From NCBI GenBank assembly GCA_052116865.1, contig JBQKKG010000001.1, forward strand, positions 501,435 through 525,434: a stretch of DNA of 24,000 nt, written 5' to 3'. Under the pieces are notes generated by a model, which saw only the letters and a program-made list of their open reading frames with translations, was not told the origin of the DNA and searched no databases. The stretch's first letter is position 1. Each line of letters opens with the position of its first letter. Made by a program: the position numbers and the translations under genes. This document shows positions 9,116-18,454 of this stretch, piece by piece. This DNA comes from Lachnospiraceae bacterium LCP25S3_G4. GTDB taxonomy: Bacteria > Bacillota > Clostridia > Lachnospirales > Lachnospiraceae.

Positions 9116-10411
9116 TTAAATACGGATAATTGATTGCTCATATTCATTAATAAAAGCAGTTTTGTACTTATCGGTAATAATAGATTCATATAAATTAGAG
9201 GTAAAAATATCTTGTAAAAGCATTTGTTTTCCGGAATTGCAAAGTGTATCTGTATTTTTAAGCTTTGTCAGAATAGGAAGGCTGCTTTCTTTTTTTAATA
9301 AGTGTAATAATTTACTTGCATCTTTCCGAAAACCCAAAATATGAACATAGTAATGATACTTACTAAAATCTGAAATAGCATACTCCTGATTAGTTATTCC
9401 TAATAAAATGTGTAACAGTGATCGACTTACACGAGAATAGGTGATATCTTTGGTTTTGATTAATTCACAGAATTGTTCAAAATGTAAAAATCGATTCCTG
9501 TGATTTATCATTCGATTGGCAATATCTTCAGACACATCTGCATATGTTGTCAGAGAAGTATTGGTTTCTTGCAGTAGTTTGTATTTTAATAATAATGAAA
9601 AGTCATTGGCGTAAACAGGGTATCGCACTTGGTGGTTATCAAGTAGTAATTCCAGACAGGATTTAGGTACCTGCATTTCTAATTCGCTAAGAATACTTGA
9701 AAAATTAGAGTATTCATAATCAGACTCTGAAAAAGCCATTTTTTGATAAGAATTACCGCTATATGCTAATAAATTGCGAATAGCAGAAGCTGAGCTGAAG
9801 TTTGTCTGTAATTCGGTATCGTGATAGTTAGAACCTTGACGTTTGATTGTAAAAGGGACAATATGGCTATTCAATCGATAGAGTGCTTTTAAATATTCAA
9901 TACCTAAGATGTTATTGGGACTGTCAATTACTGTAGCAAGTTGAAGTCCTTGGTTAGAAGTGTATGTTAGTAATGCCGCATGCCTTGCAGAAGGAAAGGA
10001 CATCCCTTGTTTTAAATTTTGGTGAAGTGCTTCTCGATATTCTTTTGGTTCCGATTGAAGGATCCACGCAATATCAGAGAGGGACTTAAGATCTCCACAT
10101 TCACTTCCAAAACACAGACTATCTACACAACCTAATTGATGGAGTAAACCAACGGCACCCATTGCAAATATTTCTGCGCTTGCAGTAGCATACCTTACTG
10201 GTAATTCTATTACAATGGAGGCGCCCGAACGAAGGGCCATTTCCGTACGAATATGTTTTGGCATAATTGCCGGTGTCCCACGCTGTACATAGTTACCACT
10301 CATAACAACAATTACATTGTCAGCTTGCGTTATTTCTTTTGCCTTTTGTATATGATAAAGATGGCCATTGTGAAATGGATTGTATTCCGTAATTAACCCG
10401 ACTGTTTTCAT
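9116..10411 (-). CDS. tmcAL: tRNA(Met) cytidine acetate ligase / YlbM-like nucleotidyltransferase
   Basis: MKTVGLITEYNPFHNGHLYHIQKAKEITQADNVIVVMSGNYVQRGTPAIMPKHIRTEMALRSGASIVIELPVRYATASAEIFA, with nucleotidyltransferase HNGH motif and family-typical N-terminus. Confidence 0.93.
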   Translation of the reverse strand: MKTVGLITEYNPFHNGHLYHIQKAKEITQADNVIVVMSGNYVQRGTPAIMPKHIRTEMALRSGASIVIELPVRYATASAEIFAMGAVGLLHQLGCVDSLCFGSECGDLKSLSDIAWILQSEPKEYREALHQNLKQGMSFPSARHAALLTYTSNQGLQLATVIDSPNNILGIEYLKALYRLNSHIVPFTIKRQGSNYHDTELQTNFSSASAIRNLLAYSGNSYQKMAFSESDYEYSNFSSILSELEMQVPKSCLELLLDNHQVRYPVYANDFSLLLKYKLLQETNTSLTTYADVSEDIANRMINHRNRFLHFEQFCELIKTKDITYSRVSRSLLHILLGITNQEYAISDFSKYHYYVHILGFRKDASKLLHLLKKESSLPILTKLKNTDTLCNSGKQMLLQDIFTSNLYESIITDKYKTAFINEYEQSIIRI

Positions 10412-10491
10412 TGCATGCTCCTTTACATAGTAGTAGATAGTATTAAATTAATTATACAATAAATTTCCTGTAAATAATACCTAAAAATAAA

Positions 10492-10519
10492 TTGACAAGA
10501 TTATAGGATATGGTTTAAA
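10492..10519 (+). promoter_or_regulatory. Sigma-A-type promoter for the M-box/mgtE transcript
   Basis: TTGACA (10492-10497), 16-nt spacer, TTTAAA (10514-10519) with an extended TGG immediately upstream. Confidence 0.55.
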
Positions 10520-10536
10520 CTTAATTATAAACAAAA

Positions 10537-10784
10537 CTGAATAAATCCGGTAGGTAAGGTTACCACAGGGATATGGGTTGCTGCCGCGAAGTAGTGGAGA
10601 CACTATGAGAAGGTTAGCAAATTATGTCGAATACAAGGCATAATTTAATGCAATTACAAGATGTCGCTCAGATATCGCGCCCTGCGAAACTAAAGCTTGA
10701 ACGGTGGCTTAGTCAATGCAATTGTGCTATTGATTAGTATGTATGTAGTTACACGTCATCGTTATAGGTGCCGTGTATTTTTTT
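10537..10784 (+). ncRNA. M-box (ykoK leader) magnesium riboswitch with expression-platform terminator
   Basis: M-box-like blocks: GGTAGGTAAGGTTACCACAGGGATATGGGTTGCTGCCGCGAA, GAGACACTATGAGAAGGTTAGCAAA, AAGGCATAATTTAATGCA, ACTAAAGCTTGAACGG. Immediately upstream of mgtE. Approximate aptamer 10537-10713; terminator 10750-10784. Confidence 0.88.
10750..10784 (+). terminator. Riboswitch expression-platform intrinsic terminator
   Basis: tacacg-t-catc / gttata / ggtg-c-cgtgta followed by T7 (778-784 of the 10 kb block), between the M-box aptamer and mgtE. Confidence 0.78.
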
Positions 10785-10871
10785 GTGTAATTTGTTTATA
10801 ATCCATCTGATGGCGTTTGTAAAGAATATACGTATTGATGGTAATAAAAGTTCAAGATAGGAGGGTACATT

Positions 10872-12206
10872 ATGAATGAAGAAATAATACGAACATTATT
10901 AGTACAACGTAGATATAAGGAATTAAAAACTGAGTTAGAAAAGATGTACCCTGTTGATATAGCAGAGAGTCTGCGTGAATTTGATGATAAAGAGTCCATT
11001 ATTATATTCCGTCTACTGATAAAGGATGATGCAGCAGATGTATTTACTTATCTTGATAGTGATAGGCGTGAAATACTAATTAATGCCCTAACAGACTCTG
11101 AAATCAAAGAAGTAATGGATGAAATGTATCTAGATGATACGGTAGATGTATTAGAGGAAATGCCAGCAAATGTAGTAGACAGATTGTTAGAAGCTACAGA
11201 TGATGATACTAGACGACAAATTAATATTTTCTTAAAATACCCCGAACGTAGTGCTGGAAGTATTATGACAGTAGAGTATGCTGGACTTAATAAAGAGATG
11301 ACAGTTGCAGATGCAATATTAAAAATACGGCAAGTTGGTATTACCAAAGAAACTATTTATACACTATATGTAACAGAAAAACGTAGACTTATCGGATATG
11401 TAACAATGAAGGATCTACTAACTAGTAGCGATAGTAGGACCATTGAAGATATTATGGATAGCAATATTATCTATGCAGAAACACTTGATGACCAAGAGGA
11501 TGTATCTAAGTTAATTAAAAAATATGGCTTAATTGCAATTCCTATTGTGGATAAAGAAATGTGTATGGTAGGAATCGTAACGGTTGATGATGCAATGTTG
11601 ATACTACAAGGTGAGTCAACAGAAGATATTACTCGAATGGCAGCGGTTAGTCCTAGTGAAGAGTCATACTTTGGTACATCTGTGTGGGGGCATGCAAAAA
11701 ATAGAAGCGCATGGTTAATTATTCTGATGTTATCAGCTACAATAACAGGTAGCATCATCAATGGCTATGAGGATGCGATGTCAGTGATGCCAATATTGGT
11801 TTCATTTATTACTATGATTATGGGTACAGGAGGGAATTGTGGTTCCCAGAGTGCAACATTAATGATTCGAGGATTAGCAATTGACGAAATTCAGTTTCAG
11901 GATATTTTTCGTGTTATTTTTAAAGAATTTCAAGTTGCCATAGTGGTAGGAGTATTATTATCGGTGGCGAATGGATTGCGCATATATATTATGTATCAAA
12001 ATCTAACGTTATCTGTTGCTGTTGGTTTATCTTTAATGGCAACGATTTTGTTAGCAAAAATGGTGGGATGCACATTACCCCTCATCGCAGAAAAATTACA
12101 TCTAGATCCTGCAATTATGGCAGCACCACTGATTACTACAATTGTGGATGCTGGTGCAATTATGATATATTTTGCAATTGTAACTCGATTTTTTCATTTG
12201 AACTGA
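10872..12206 (+). CDS. mgtE: Magnesium transporter MgtE (first of two tandem paralogs)
   Basis: MgtE N domain (YPVDIAESLREFDDKE...VDVLEEMPANVVDRLL), CBS-pair region (TVADAILKIRQVG..., AIPIVDKEMCMVGIVTVDDAM), TM region with GTGGNCGSQSATLMIRGLA and DPAIMAAPLITTIVD. RBS gaggg. Confidence 0.95.
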   Translation: MNEEIIRTLLVQRRYKELKTELEKMYPVDIAESLREFDDKESIIIFRLLIKDDAADVFTYLDSDRREILINALTDSEIKEVMDEMYLDDTVDVLEEMPANVVDRLLEATDDDTRRQINIFLKYPERSAGSIMTVEYAGLNKEMTVADAILKIRQVGITKETIYTLYVTEKRRLIGYVTMKDLLTSSDSRTIEDIMDSNIIYAETLDDQEDVSKLIKKYGLIAIPIVDKEMCMVGIVTVDDAMLILQGESTEDITRMAAVSPSEESYFGTSVWGHAKNRSAWLIILMLSATITGSIINGYEDAMSVMPILVSFITMIMGTGGNCGSQSATLMIRGLAIDEIQFQDIFRVIFKEFQVAIVVGVLLSVANGLRIYIMYQNLTLSVAVGLSLMATILLAKMVGCTLPLIAEKLHLDPAIMAAPLITTIVDAGAIMIYFAIVTRFFHLN

Positions 12207-12225
12207 TTTCGAAAGGAGGATGCAT

Positions 12226-13557
12226 ATGACAGAGGAATATATTTTAGAATTATTAGGTACACGACAATATAAACAGTTAAAAATCGGTCTAGAGTCTATG
12301 TATCCCATAGATATAGCAGAGTGTTTGGAAGATTTTGCAGAAAAGCAATTGATTATAGTGTTTAGACTCTTAGGTAAAGAAGAAGCCGCTGAAACATTCA
12401 CTTATATGAATAGCGATATGAGGCAAGTACTCATCAACGCACTAACAGATTCTGAAATACAAGAAGTAATGGAGGAAATGTATTTAGATGATGCGGTCGA
12501 TATGTTAGAGGAAATGCCTGCAAATGTTGTAGATCGATTGTTAGAATCGACAGACGAAAATACAAGAAGACAGATTAATGAGCTATTAGAATATCCAGAA
12601 GATAGTGCGGGCAGCATTATGACTGTAGAATATATAGGATTACGAAAGGACATGACAGTAGCGGACGCGATTCTAAAAATTCGTCATATAGGTATTAATA
12701 AAGAAACTATTTATACTTGCTATGTTACAGAAAAAAGAAAATTACTAGGTTGTGTAAACGTGAAAGATCTGATGGCAAGCAGTGATAGTAAAACAATGGA
12801 AGACATAATGGATACTAATATTATATATGCACAAACTCACGATGATCAAGAAGATGTAGTAAAACAGATACGAAAATATGGATTAATGGCAATGCCCGTT
12901 GTAGATAGGGAACGGTGTATGGTGGGCATTGTAACGGTTGATGATGCTATGGATGTCTTACAAGAGGAAACAACAGAAGATATGAATATTATGGCCGCAA
13001 TGAGCCCGAGTGAAGAGTCTTATTTTGGAACATCTGTATGGGGTCACGCCAAGAATCGAAGCTTATGGCTATTAATCTTAATGTTTTCTTCTACAATTAC
13101 AGGACTCATTATTATGAGATATGAAAAGGCATTAGTAACAATGCCATTACTTGTATCATTTATTCCAATGTTATCAGATACTGGTGGGAATTGTGGCTCC
13201 CAAAGTTCTACATTGATTATTCGAGGACTCGCAGTAGATGAGATTCAATTTAAGGATATCTTTAAAATTATTTTTAAAGAGTTTCGTGTTGCAATTTTAG
13301 TGGGCGCTTTTTTGTCCATCATAAATGGAATCAGGATATTATTGATGTATCAGGATTTAATTTTAGCTGTAGTAATTGGATTAACCTTAATATGTACAAT
13401 AGTTTTATCAAAAATGATAGGATGCATGCTTCCTTTATTTGCAAAGAGATTAAATATGGATCCCGCGATTATGGCTGCACCATTGATCACCACCATTGTA
13501 GACACCTGTTCTATTGTCATATATTTTTCTATAGTAACTAGAATCTTTAATCTATAG
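12226..13557 (+). CDS. mgtE: Magnesium transporter MgtE (second tandem paralog)
   Basis: Same architecture and extensively similar sequence (DTGGNCGSQSSTLIIRGLAVDEIQF, DPAIMAAPLITTIVD). The track start at 12220 overlaps the aaggagga RBS, so ATG 12226 is the better start. Confidence 0.93.
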   Translation: MTEEYILELLGTRQYKQLKIGLESMYPIDIAECLEDFAEKQLIIVFRLLGKEEAAETFTYMNSDMRQVLINALTDSEIQEVMEEMYLDDAVDMLEEMPANVVDRLLESTDENTRRQINELLEYPEDSAGSIMTVEYIGLRKDMTVADAILKIRHIGINKETIYTCYVTEKRKLLGCVNVKDLMASSDSKTMEDIMDTNIIYAQTHDDQEDVVKQIRKYGLMAMPVVDRERCMVGIVTVDDAMDVLQEETTEDMNIMAAMSPSEESYFGTSVWGHAKNRSLWLLILMFSSTITGLIIMRYEKALVTMPLLVSFIPMLSDTGGNCGSQSSTLIIRGLAVDEIQFKDIFKIIFKEFRVAILVGAFLSIINGIRILLMYQDLILAVVIGLTLICTIVLSKMIGCMLPLFAKRLNMDPAIMAAPLITTIVDTCSIVIYFSIVTRIFNL

Positions 13558-13588
13558 ATATTGTACTTAAAAAGAGACATAAATTGGG

Positions 13589-13617
13589 TTGTATACAATA
13601 TATGTTTGGGGTATAAT
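13589..13617 (+). promoter_or_regulatory. Candidate sigma-A promoter for pta-ackA
   Basis: TTGTAT (13589-13594), 17-nt spacer, TATAAT (13612-13617), 40 nt upstream of the pta ATG. Confidence 0.55.
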
Positions 13618-13656
13618 AAATATAACTGAGAATAAATGGAAAGGAGTCTTTAAATC

Positions 13657-14649
13657 ATGGGATTTATAGATGAAATTAAAGTAAGAGCAAAGGCAGACAA
13701 GAAAGTAATCGTATTGCCAGAAACAGAAGACAAGAGGACATATGCAGCAGCTGAGCAGATTTTAAAAGAAGGTTTGGCTGACTTGATTCTTGTTGGAAGT
13801 CAAAAGGAAGTCGATACGGTGGGAGCTGGATTTCATATTGAAGGAGCAAAAATTGTGGATCCGGCTACACATTCAAAAACTGCTGAATATATCAATATGC
13901 TTGTAGAATTGAGAAAAGCTAAAGGCATGACTGAGGAACAGGCAACAGAATTATTAATGAAGAATTATTTATATTATGGAGTTATGATGGTAAAGGCAGG
14001 CGATGCTGATGGAATGGTTTCAGGTGCCTGTCATTCTACTGCTGATACATTAAGACCATGTTTACAAATATTAAAGACAAAACCAGGTACAAAATTAGTA
14101 TCTGCATTTTTTGTGATGTCCGTACCAGATTGTACTTATGGCGAACAAGGGACTTTTATATTTGCTGATAGTGGATTGGAACAAAATCCAGATGTTGAAA
14201 AACTTGCTGCAATTGCCGGATCTTCGGCAGAGTCATTTGAATTACTTGTGCAAAAACCTGCAAAGGTTGCAATGCTTTCACATTCTACAATGGGAAGTGC
14301 AAAACATGCAGACGTAGATAAAGTAGTGGCAGCAACTGCACTAGCAAAAGAATTATATCCAAATATTCAGTTGGATGGGGAAATGCAGCTAGATGCAGCC
14401 ATTGTTCCTGAAATTGGAGAATCCAAAGCTCCAAACAGCAAAGTAGCAGGACATGCAAATGTATTAGTATTTCCTGATTTAGATGCAGGAAATATTGGCT
14501 ATAAATTAGTGCAAAGACTTGCAAAGGCAGAGGCATATGGGCCAATTACTCAAGGAATTGCAAAACCAGTTAATGATTTGTCTCGTGGGTGTAGTGCAGA
14601 AGATATTGTGGGTGTTGTAGCAATTACAGCAGTACAATGCCAAAAGTAA
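13657..14649 (+). CDS. pta: Phosphate acetyltransferase
   Basis: MGFIDEIKVRAKADKKVIVLPETEDKRTYAAAEQILKEG, DGMVSGACHSTADTLRPCLQILKT, KPVNDLSRGCSAEDIVGVVAITAVQ. Paired with ackA. Confidence 0.97.
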   Translation: MGFIDEIKVRAKADKKVIVLPETEDKRTYAAAEQILKEGLADLILVGSQKEVDTVGAGFHIEGAKIVDPATHSKTAEYINMLVELRKAKGMTEEQATELLMKNYLYYGVMMVKAGDADGMVSGACHSTADTLRPCLQILKTKPGTKLVSAFFVMSVPDCTYGEQGTFIFADSGLEQNPDVEKLAAIAGSSAESFELLVQKPAKVAMLSHSTMGSAKHADVDKVVAATALAKELYPNIQLDGEMQLDAAIVPEIGESKAPNSKVAGHANVLVFPDLDAGNIGYKLVQRLAKAEAYGPITQGIAKPVNDLSRGCSAEDIVGVVAITAVQCQK

Positions 14650-14671
14650 ATAAACATACGGAGGATATGAA

Positions 14672-15862
14672 ATGAACGTTTTAGTAATAAATTGTGGGAG
14701 CTCTTCTTTAAAATTTCAATTAATTAACTCTGATTCTGAGTCAGTATTGGCAAAAGGATTATGTGAAAGAATAGGTATAGATGGTGAATTAACTTATCAA
14801 CCAGCTGGTAAAGATAAAATGAAGTCTGCAAAGGCAATGCCAACGCATACACAAGCTATTCAATATGTAATTAATGCGTTAACGGATGTTGAAACCGGAG
14901 TTGTAAAAAGTTTAAGTGAAATAGATGCTGTAGGACACCGTGTTGTTCATGGTGGAGAAAAGTTTGCTACATCTATTGTCATTACAGATGAAGTATTAGC
15001 TGCTATTGAAGAATGCAATGACTTAGCACCACTACACAATCCGGCAAATATTATTGGAATCAATGCATGTAAAGAATTAATGCCTAATACACCAATGGTA
15101 GCAGTTTTTGATACAGCATTTCATCAAACAATGCCAAAAGAGGCTTTCATGTATGGACTCCCATATGAATATTATGATAAATATGCAGTGAGAAGATACG
15201 GTTTTCATGGTACAAGCCATAGTTTTGTCTCAAAACGTGTTGCAGAAATAGTAGGGCAATCCTATAATGCTACAAAAACAATTGTTTGCCATTTAGGAAA
15301 TGGGTCAAGTATCTGTGCAGTTATGAATGGAAAATCTGTTGACACCTCTATGGGACTAACACCATTAGAAGGATTAGTAATGGGCACTCGTTCTGGTGAT
15401 CTTGATCCGGCTATTTTGGAGTATATTGCTAAGAAAGAAGGCCTTGATGTAGAAGGCGTGTTAAAAGTTTTGAATAAAAAATCAGGTGTATTTGGACTTT
15501 CTGGTGGATTATCAAGTGATTTTAGAGACCTTTCAGACGCAAGTGATAATGGAAATGAGAAAGCAAAATTAGCTCTTGATGTATTTGCTTATCGTGTTGC
15601 AAAATATGTAGGCAGCTATGTTGCCGCAATGAATGGTGTTGATAATATTGTTTTTACCGCAGGAATTGGTGAAAATGACTGTCCGATGCGTGAAGCAATT
15701 TGCAACTATCTTGGTTATTTAGGAATTACGATTGATCAAGAGGCAAATAGTAAGAGAGGCGAAGAAGTTACAATTTCTACTCCAGATTCAAAAGTGAAAG
15801 TACTTGTTGTACCAACGAATGAAGAACTAGCAATTGCACGTGAGACTGTATCACTAGTGTAA
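14672..15862 (+). CDS. ackA: Acetate kinase
   Basis: [90 protein letters not shown]. Confidence 0.98.
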   Translation: MNVLVINCGSSSLKFQLINSDSESVLAKGLCERIGIDGELTYQPAGKDKMKSAKAMPTHTQAIQYVINALTDVETGVVKSLSEIDAVGHRVVHGGEKFATSIVITDEVLAAIEECNDLAPLHNPANIIGINACKELMPNTPMVAVFDTAFHQTMPKEAFMYGLPYEYYDKYAVRRYGFHGTSHSFVSKRVAEIVGQSYNATKTIVCHLGNGSSICAVMNGKSVDTSMGLTPLEGLVMGTRSGDLDPAILEYIAKKEGLDVEGVLKVLNKKSGVFGLSGGLSSDFRDLSDASDNGNEKAKLALDVFAYRVAKYVGSYVAAMNGVDNIVFTAGIGENDCPMREAICNYLGYLGITIDQEANSKRGEEVTISTPDSKVKVLVVPTNEELAIARETVSLV

Positions 15863-15919
15863 ATAGAATCATAGATTATATGAATTGGGACATATAGTAT
15901 CTTTTCTTGCATAAATTTG

Positions 15920-15947
15920 TTGACAAAACAATTTTACATGATATAAT
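15920..15947 (+). promoter_or_regulatory. Sigma-A promoter for the DUF177-rpmF unit
   Basis: Perfect TTGACA (15920-15925), 16-nt spacer, perfect TATAAT (15942-15947) with extended -10 TGA. Confidence 0.75.
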
Positions 15948-15975
15948 AGTTTAGGTATGAATAGGAGCAATAACA

Positions 15976-16500
15976 ATGATAATTAACCTATCCGACGTAT
16001 TATCAGCGAATGACAAAACAGTAGAAAAAACTGCAGTAATTGATATGAACAAATTTCATTCTAAGGTTGGAGTGTTTCCAATTACGTATAAGGAACCTGT
16101 ATATCTTGTAATTACACATGTAAAAGATAGACAACTTCTTATAAAGGGACACACTAATTTAGAGATTGCGATTCCATGTGATCGATGTTTAAAAGATGTC
16201 ACTAAGAAATTTGTAATTGAGTTTTATAATGAAGTTGATTTGCATGAGTCAGAAGTAGATAATAAAGAATTAGAAGAAAAGAATTATATTGACGGATATA
16301 ATCTTGACGTAGACAAATTACTCTATAATGAGATTTTGATAGGATGGCCGATGAAAATTCTATGTTGTAAAGACTGTAAAGGAATTTGCAATGTATGTGG
16401 TCAAAACCTAAATGAGGGAACTTGTGAATGTGAAGATGCAAGTCTTGACCCTAGAATGTCAGTTATCCGCGATGTGTTTAAGAATTTTAAGGAGGTGTAA
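15976..16500 (+). CDS. DUF177 / YceD family protein (large-subunit assembly-associated)
   Basis: C-terminal CNVCGQNLNEGTCEC...DPRMSVIRDVFKNFKEV is typical of the family. Located immediately upstream of rpmF. Confidence 0.9.
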   Translation: MIINLSDVLSANDKTVEKTAVIDMNKFHSKVGVFPITYKEPVYLVITHVKDRQLLIKGHTNLEIAIPCDRCLKDVTKKFVIEFYNEVDLHESEVDNKELEEKNYIDGYNLDVDKLLYNEILIGWPMKILCCKDCKGICNVCGQNLNEGTCECEDASLDPRMSVIRDVFKNFKEV

Positions 16501-16503
16501 CCT

Positions 16504-16683
16504 ATGTCAATTTGTCCAAAGAATAAATCTTCTAAAGGTAGAAGAGATAAAAGAAGAGCTAACTGGAAAATGAGCGCTCCAAATCTTGTTAAATGTAGCA
16601 AATGTGGAGAATTAATGATGCCTCATAGAGTATGTAAAGCTTGTGGATCATACAACAAAAAAGAAATTGTTTCAGTTGACTAA
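16504..16683 (+). CDS. rpmF: 50S ribosomal protein L32
   Basis: My translation: MSICPKNKSSKGRRDKRRANWKMSAPNLVKCSKCGELMMPHRVCKACGSYNKKEIVSVD*. Zn-ribbon CxxC/CxxC. aaggaggtg RBS. Only 59 aa, so absent from the ORF track. Confidence 0.95.
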   Translation: MSICPKNKSSKGRRDKRRANWKMSAPNLVKCSKCGELMMPHRVCKACGSYNKKEIVSVD

Positions 16684-16688
16684 TGTTA

Positions 16689-16729
16689 AAAACGAGGATT
16701 TCCAATTACTTTGGAGGTCCTTGTTTTTT
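16689..16729 (+). terminator. Terminator after rpmF
   Basis: aaaacgaggatttcc (16689-16703) / ggaggtccttgtttt (16713-16727) with G-U pairs, followed by additional T's. Confidence 0.8.
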
Positions 16730-16816
16730 GGGAAAATTTTAATATATCTAGTAAACAATTTATTTCTTTTATTGTGTTAAGAAAGTGCTAAGAATATACT
16801 AATAACTGTTAATTTA

Positions 16817-16845
16817 TTGACAGTTCCATTTTTAAAAGTTACACT
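16817..16845 (+). promoter_or_regulatory. Candidate promoter upstream of the NSS transporter
   Basis: TTGACA (16817-16822), 17-nt spacer, TACACT (16840-16845). Confidence 0.5.
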
Positions 16846-16864
16846 AAAAAAGAGGATTGGTCAT

Positions 16865-16903
16865 AAAAAGGATGCTCTCACATGGGTGAGAGCATCCTTT
16901 TTA
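16865..16903 (+). terminator. Perfect terminator-like hairpin in the leader of the NSS transporter (possible attenuator)
   Basis: aaaaaggatgctctcac (16865-16881) / gtgagagcatccttttt (16886-16902): 17-bp perfect stem, 4-nt loop atgg. Confidence 0.75.
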
Positions 16904-16949
16904 TTTCCACTTTTCTGTAAACCTAAAAACAGAAAATAGAGGTGATATT

Positions 16950-18329
16950 ATGAGTAATGAAGAAAAAAAACATGATGCTAATTTTAGCTCTAGATTTGGC
17001 TATATTATGGTAGCCGCTGGGGCAGCAATCGGATTAGGGAACATTTGGAAGTTCCCCTACCTAGCCTATGGAGGGGGCGGTGGGGCATTTGTTATTGTGT
17101 ATATTATTTTGTGTATTGTACTTGGGCATCCGGTTGTTGAAATGGAATCAGCAATGGGGCGCTACGCAAGAACAAATGGTATTGATGCGTTTGGTGTTGT
17201 TAATAAAAAGTGGAAGTTTGCTGGAATTATCAATATTATTTGTACCGTTATGATTGATATGTACTATATCATTGTCAGTGGTTATGTATTAAAATATGCG
17301 GTAACCTACATATTGGGCGGACATTTTGGTGCTGATAAGCAAGCATATTATACGAACTTTATTTCTAAACCTATTGAACCATTAATTTATGCAGGTATCT
17401 TAATGTTAATTACTGCCATTCTTTTGATCGGTGGAATTACACGACTGGTTGAAAAGGTAACAAAAGTAATTATGCCACTCTTATTTGTTCTCTTAATTAT
17501 CTGTGGAGTATGGGCGCTATTTTCCTTTGATGGTGCTATCGCAGGTTTAAAATACTATATCATTCCTGACTTCTCTAAATTCACTTGGAAAGCATTTTCA
17601 GATGCATGTATGCAGGTAATGTTCTCAGTTGGTATCGGCTGGTCTATTTTTGTTACGTTAGGTGCTAGTATGAGTGATGGCGCAAATATCAAAAAAGATT
17701 CTATGATGGTAACAATTTGTGATACAACGGTAGCTCTAACTGCAGGATTTGTAATTATTCCTACTGTTGTAGGTGCAGGTTCAACGATGACGGCAGGACC
17801 ATCTTTGATTTTTCTCGCCATGACAGAAATCTTTGGAAAATTTCCAGGTGGTAATCTGATAGGATTCTTATTCTTTACGGCAGTTATTTTCGCTGTATTA
17901 TCTACCTATTTTACGATTCTTGAAATACCAGTAAAATGTTTAGAAGAAAAATGTCATATTACACATAAAAAGGCAACTATTATCAGTGCTATCATTATAT
18001 TCATAGGGGGTATCTTCTGCTCTCTGAGCCAAGGGACTGGCTTATTGAGTGGAGTTAAACTTCCTTGGTGGGCTTATAATACAGGAGTTGTATATTATAA
18101 TATATATGATTGGATAGATTGTTTCTCTGGTTATATTCTGTTACCGCTTGGATGCCTTTTAACTTCATTTTACTGTTGCAGAGTATGGGGGTATAAAGAA
18201 TATGAAAGAGAATTGACAAAAGATGGGCGTGACGGAAAATTGAGTCTATATAATAAGATAATTATGACAGTCGTTGTTCCTGCTTTAACCATCATTGTTA
18301 TTTTGAATTGTTTTGGTTTTATTCAATAA
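16950..18329 (+). CDS. Neurotransmitter:sodium symporter (NSS/SNF) family transporter
   Basis: FGYIMVAAGAAIGLGNIWKFPYLAYGGGGGAFVIVYIILCIVLGHPVVEMESAMGRYAR is typical of the NSS TM1 region. Multiple TM segments. RBS agaggtga. Confidence 0.94.
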   Translation: MSNEEKKHDANFSSRFGYIMVAAGAAIGLGNIWKFPYLAYGGGGGAFVIVYIILCIVLGHPVVEMESAMGRYARTNGIDAFGVVNKKWKFAGIINIICTVMIDMYYIIVSGYVLKYAVTYILGGHFGADKQAYYTNFISKPIEPLIYAGILMLITAILLIGGITRLVEKVTKVIMPLLFVLLIICGVWALFSFDGAIAGLKYYIIPDFSKFTWKAFSDACMQVMFSVGIGWSIFVTLGASMSDGANIKKDSMMVTICDTTVALTAGFVIIPTVVGAGSTMTAGPSLIFLAMTEIFGKFPGGNLIGFLFFTAVIFAVLSTYFTILEIPVKCLEEKCHITHKKATIISAIIIFIGGIFCSLSQGTGLLSGVKLPWWAYNTGVVYYNIYDWIDCFSGYILLPLGCLLTSFYCCRVWGYKEYERELTKDGRDGKLSLYNKIIMTVVVPALTIIVILNCFGFIQ

Positions 18330-18419
18330 TAAGGTAAATCCCAATAAATAGAAAAGAAAGATGATGTCTAATAGGGATTTTATCCAGAAAAATATTTCAG
18401 TATTTATATAGTGATTTAT

Positions 18420-18454
18420 AAGACGTAGAAACTTTTGCTTCTGCGTCTTTTTTT
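18420..18454 (+). terminator. Terminator between the NSS transporter and plsX
   Basis: gacgtagaa / ttctgcgtc stem (one G-U) followed by an uninterrupted T run. Confidence 0.8.

Noticed and set aside
10412-10491. Possible minus-strand promoter for tmcAL (TATAAT on the reverse strand near 10450-10460)
   Set aside because: A good -10-like hexamer exists, but I found no acceptable -35 at 16-18 nt spacing in this AT-rich sequence, so it is not reported as a feature.
11048-12653. Several ~60-100 aa minus-strand ORFs inside the mgtE genes (11048, 11471, 12102, 12402)
   Set aside because: They look alike across the two paralogs because the sense strands are homologous, which mimics conservation. 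They are antisense shadows of MgtE coding sequence.
14285-14545. 86-aa plus-strand ORF inside pta
   Set aside because: Out-of-frame with pta, which has continuous conserved motifs. His/Leu/Pro-rich composition is typical of an alternate-frame artefact.
15863-15919. Weak hairpin after ackA (atatg/catat)
   Set aside because: Stem is short and interrupted, with only a broken T stretch; not strong enough to call a terminator.
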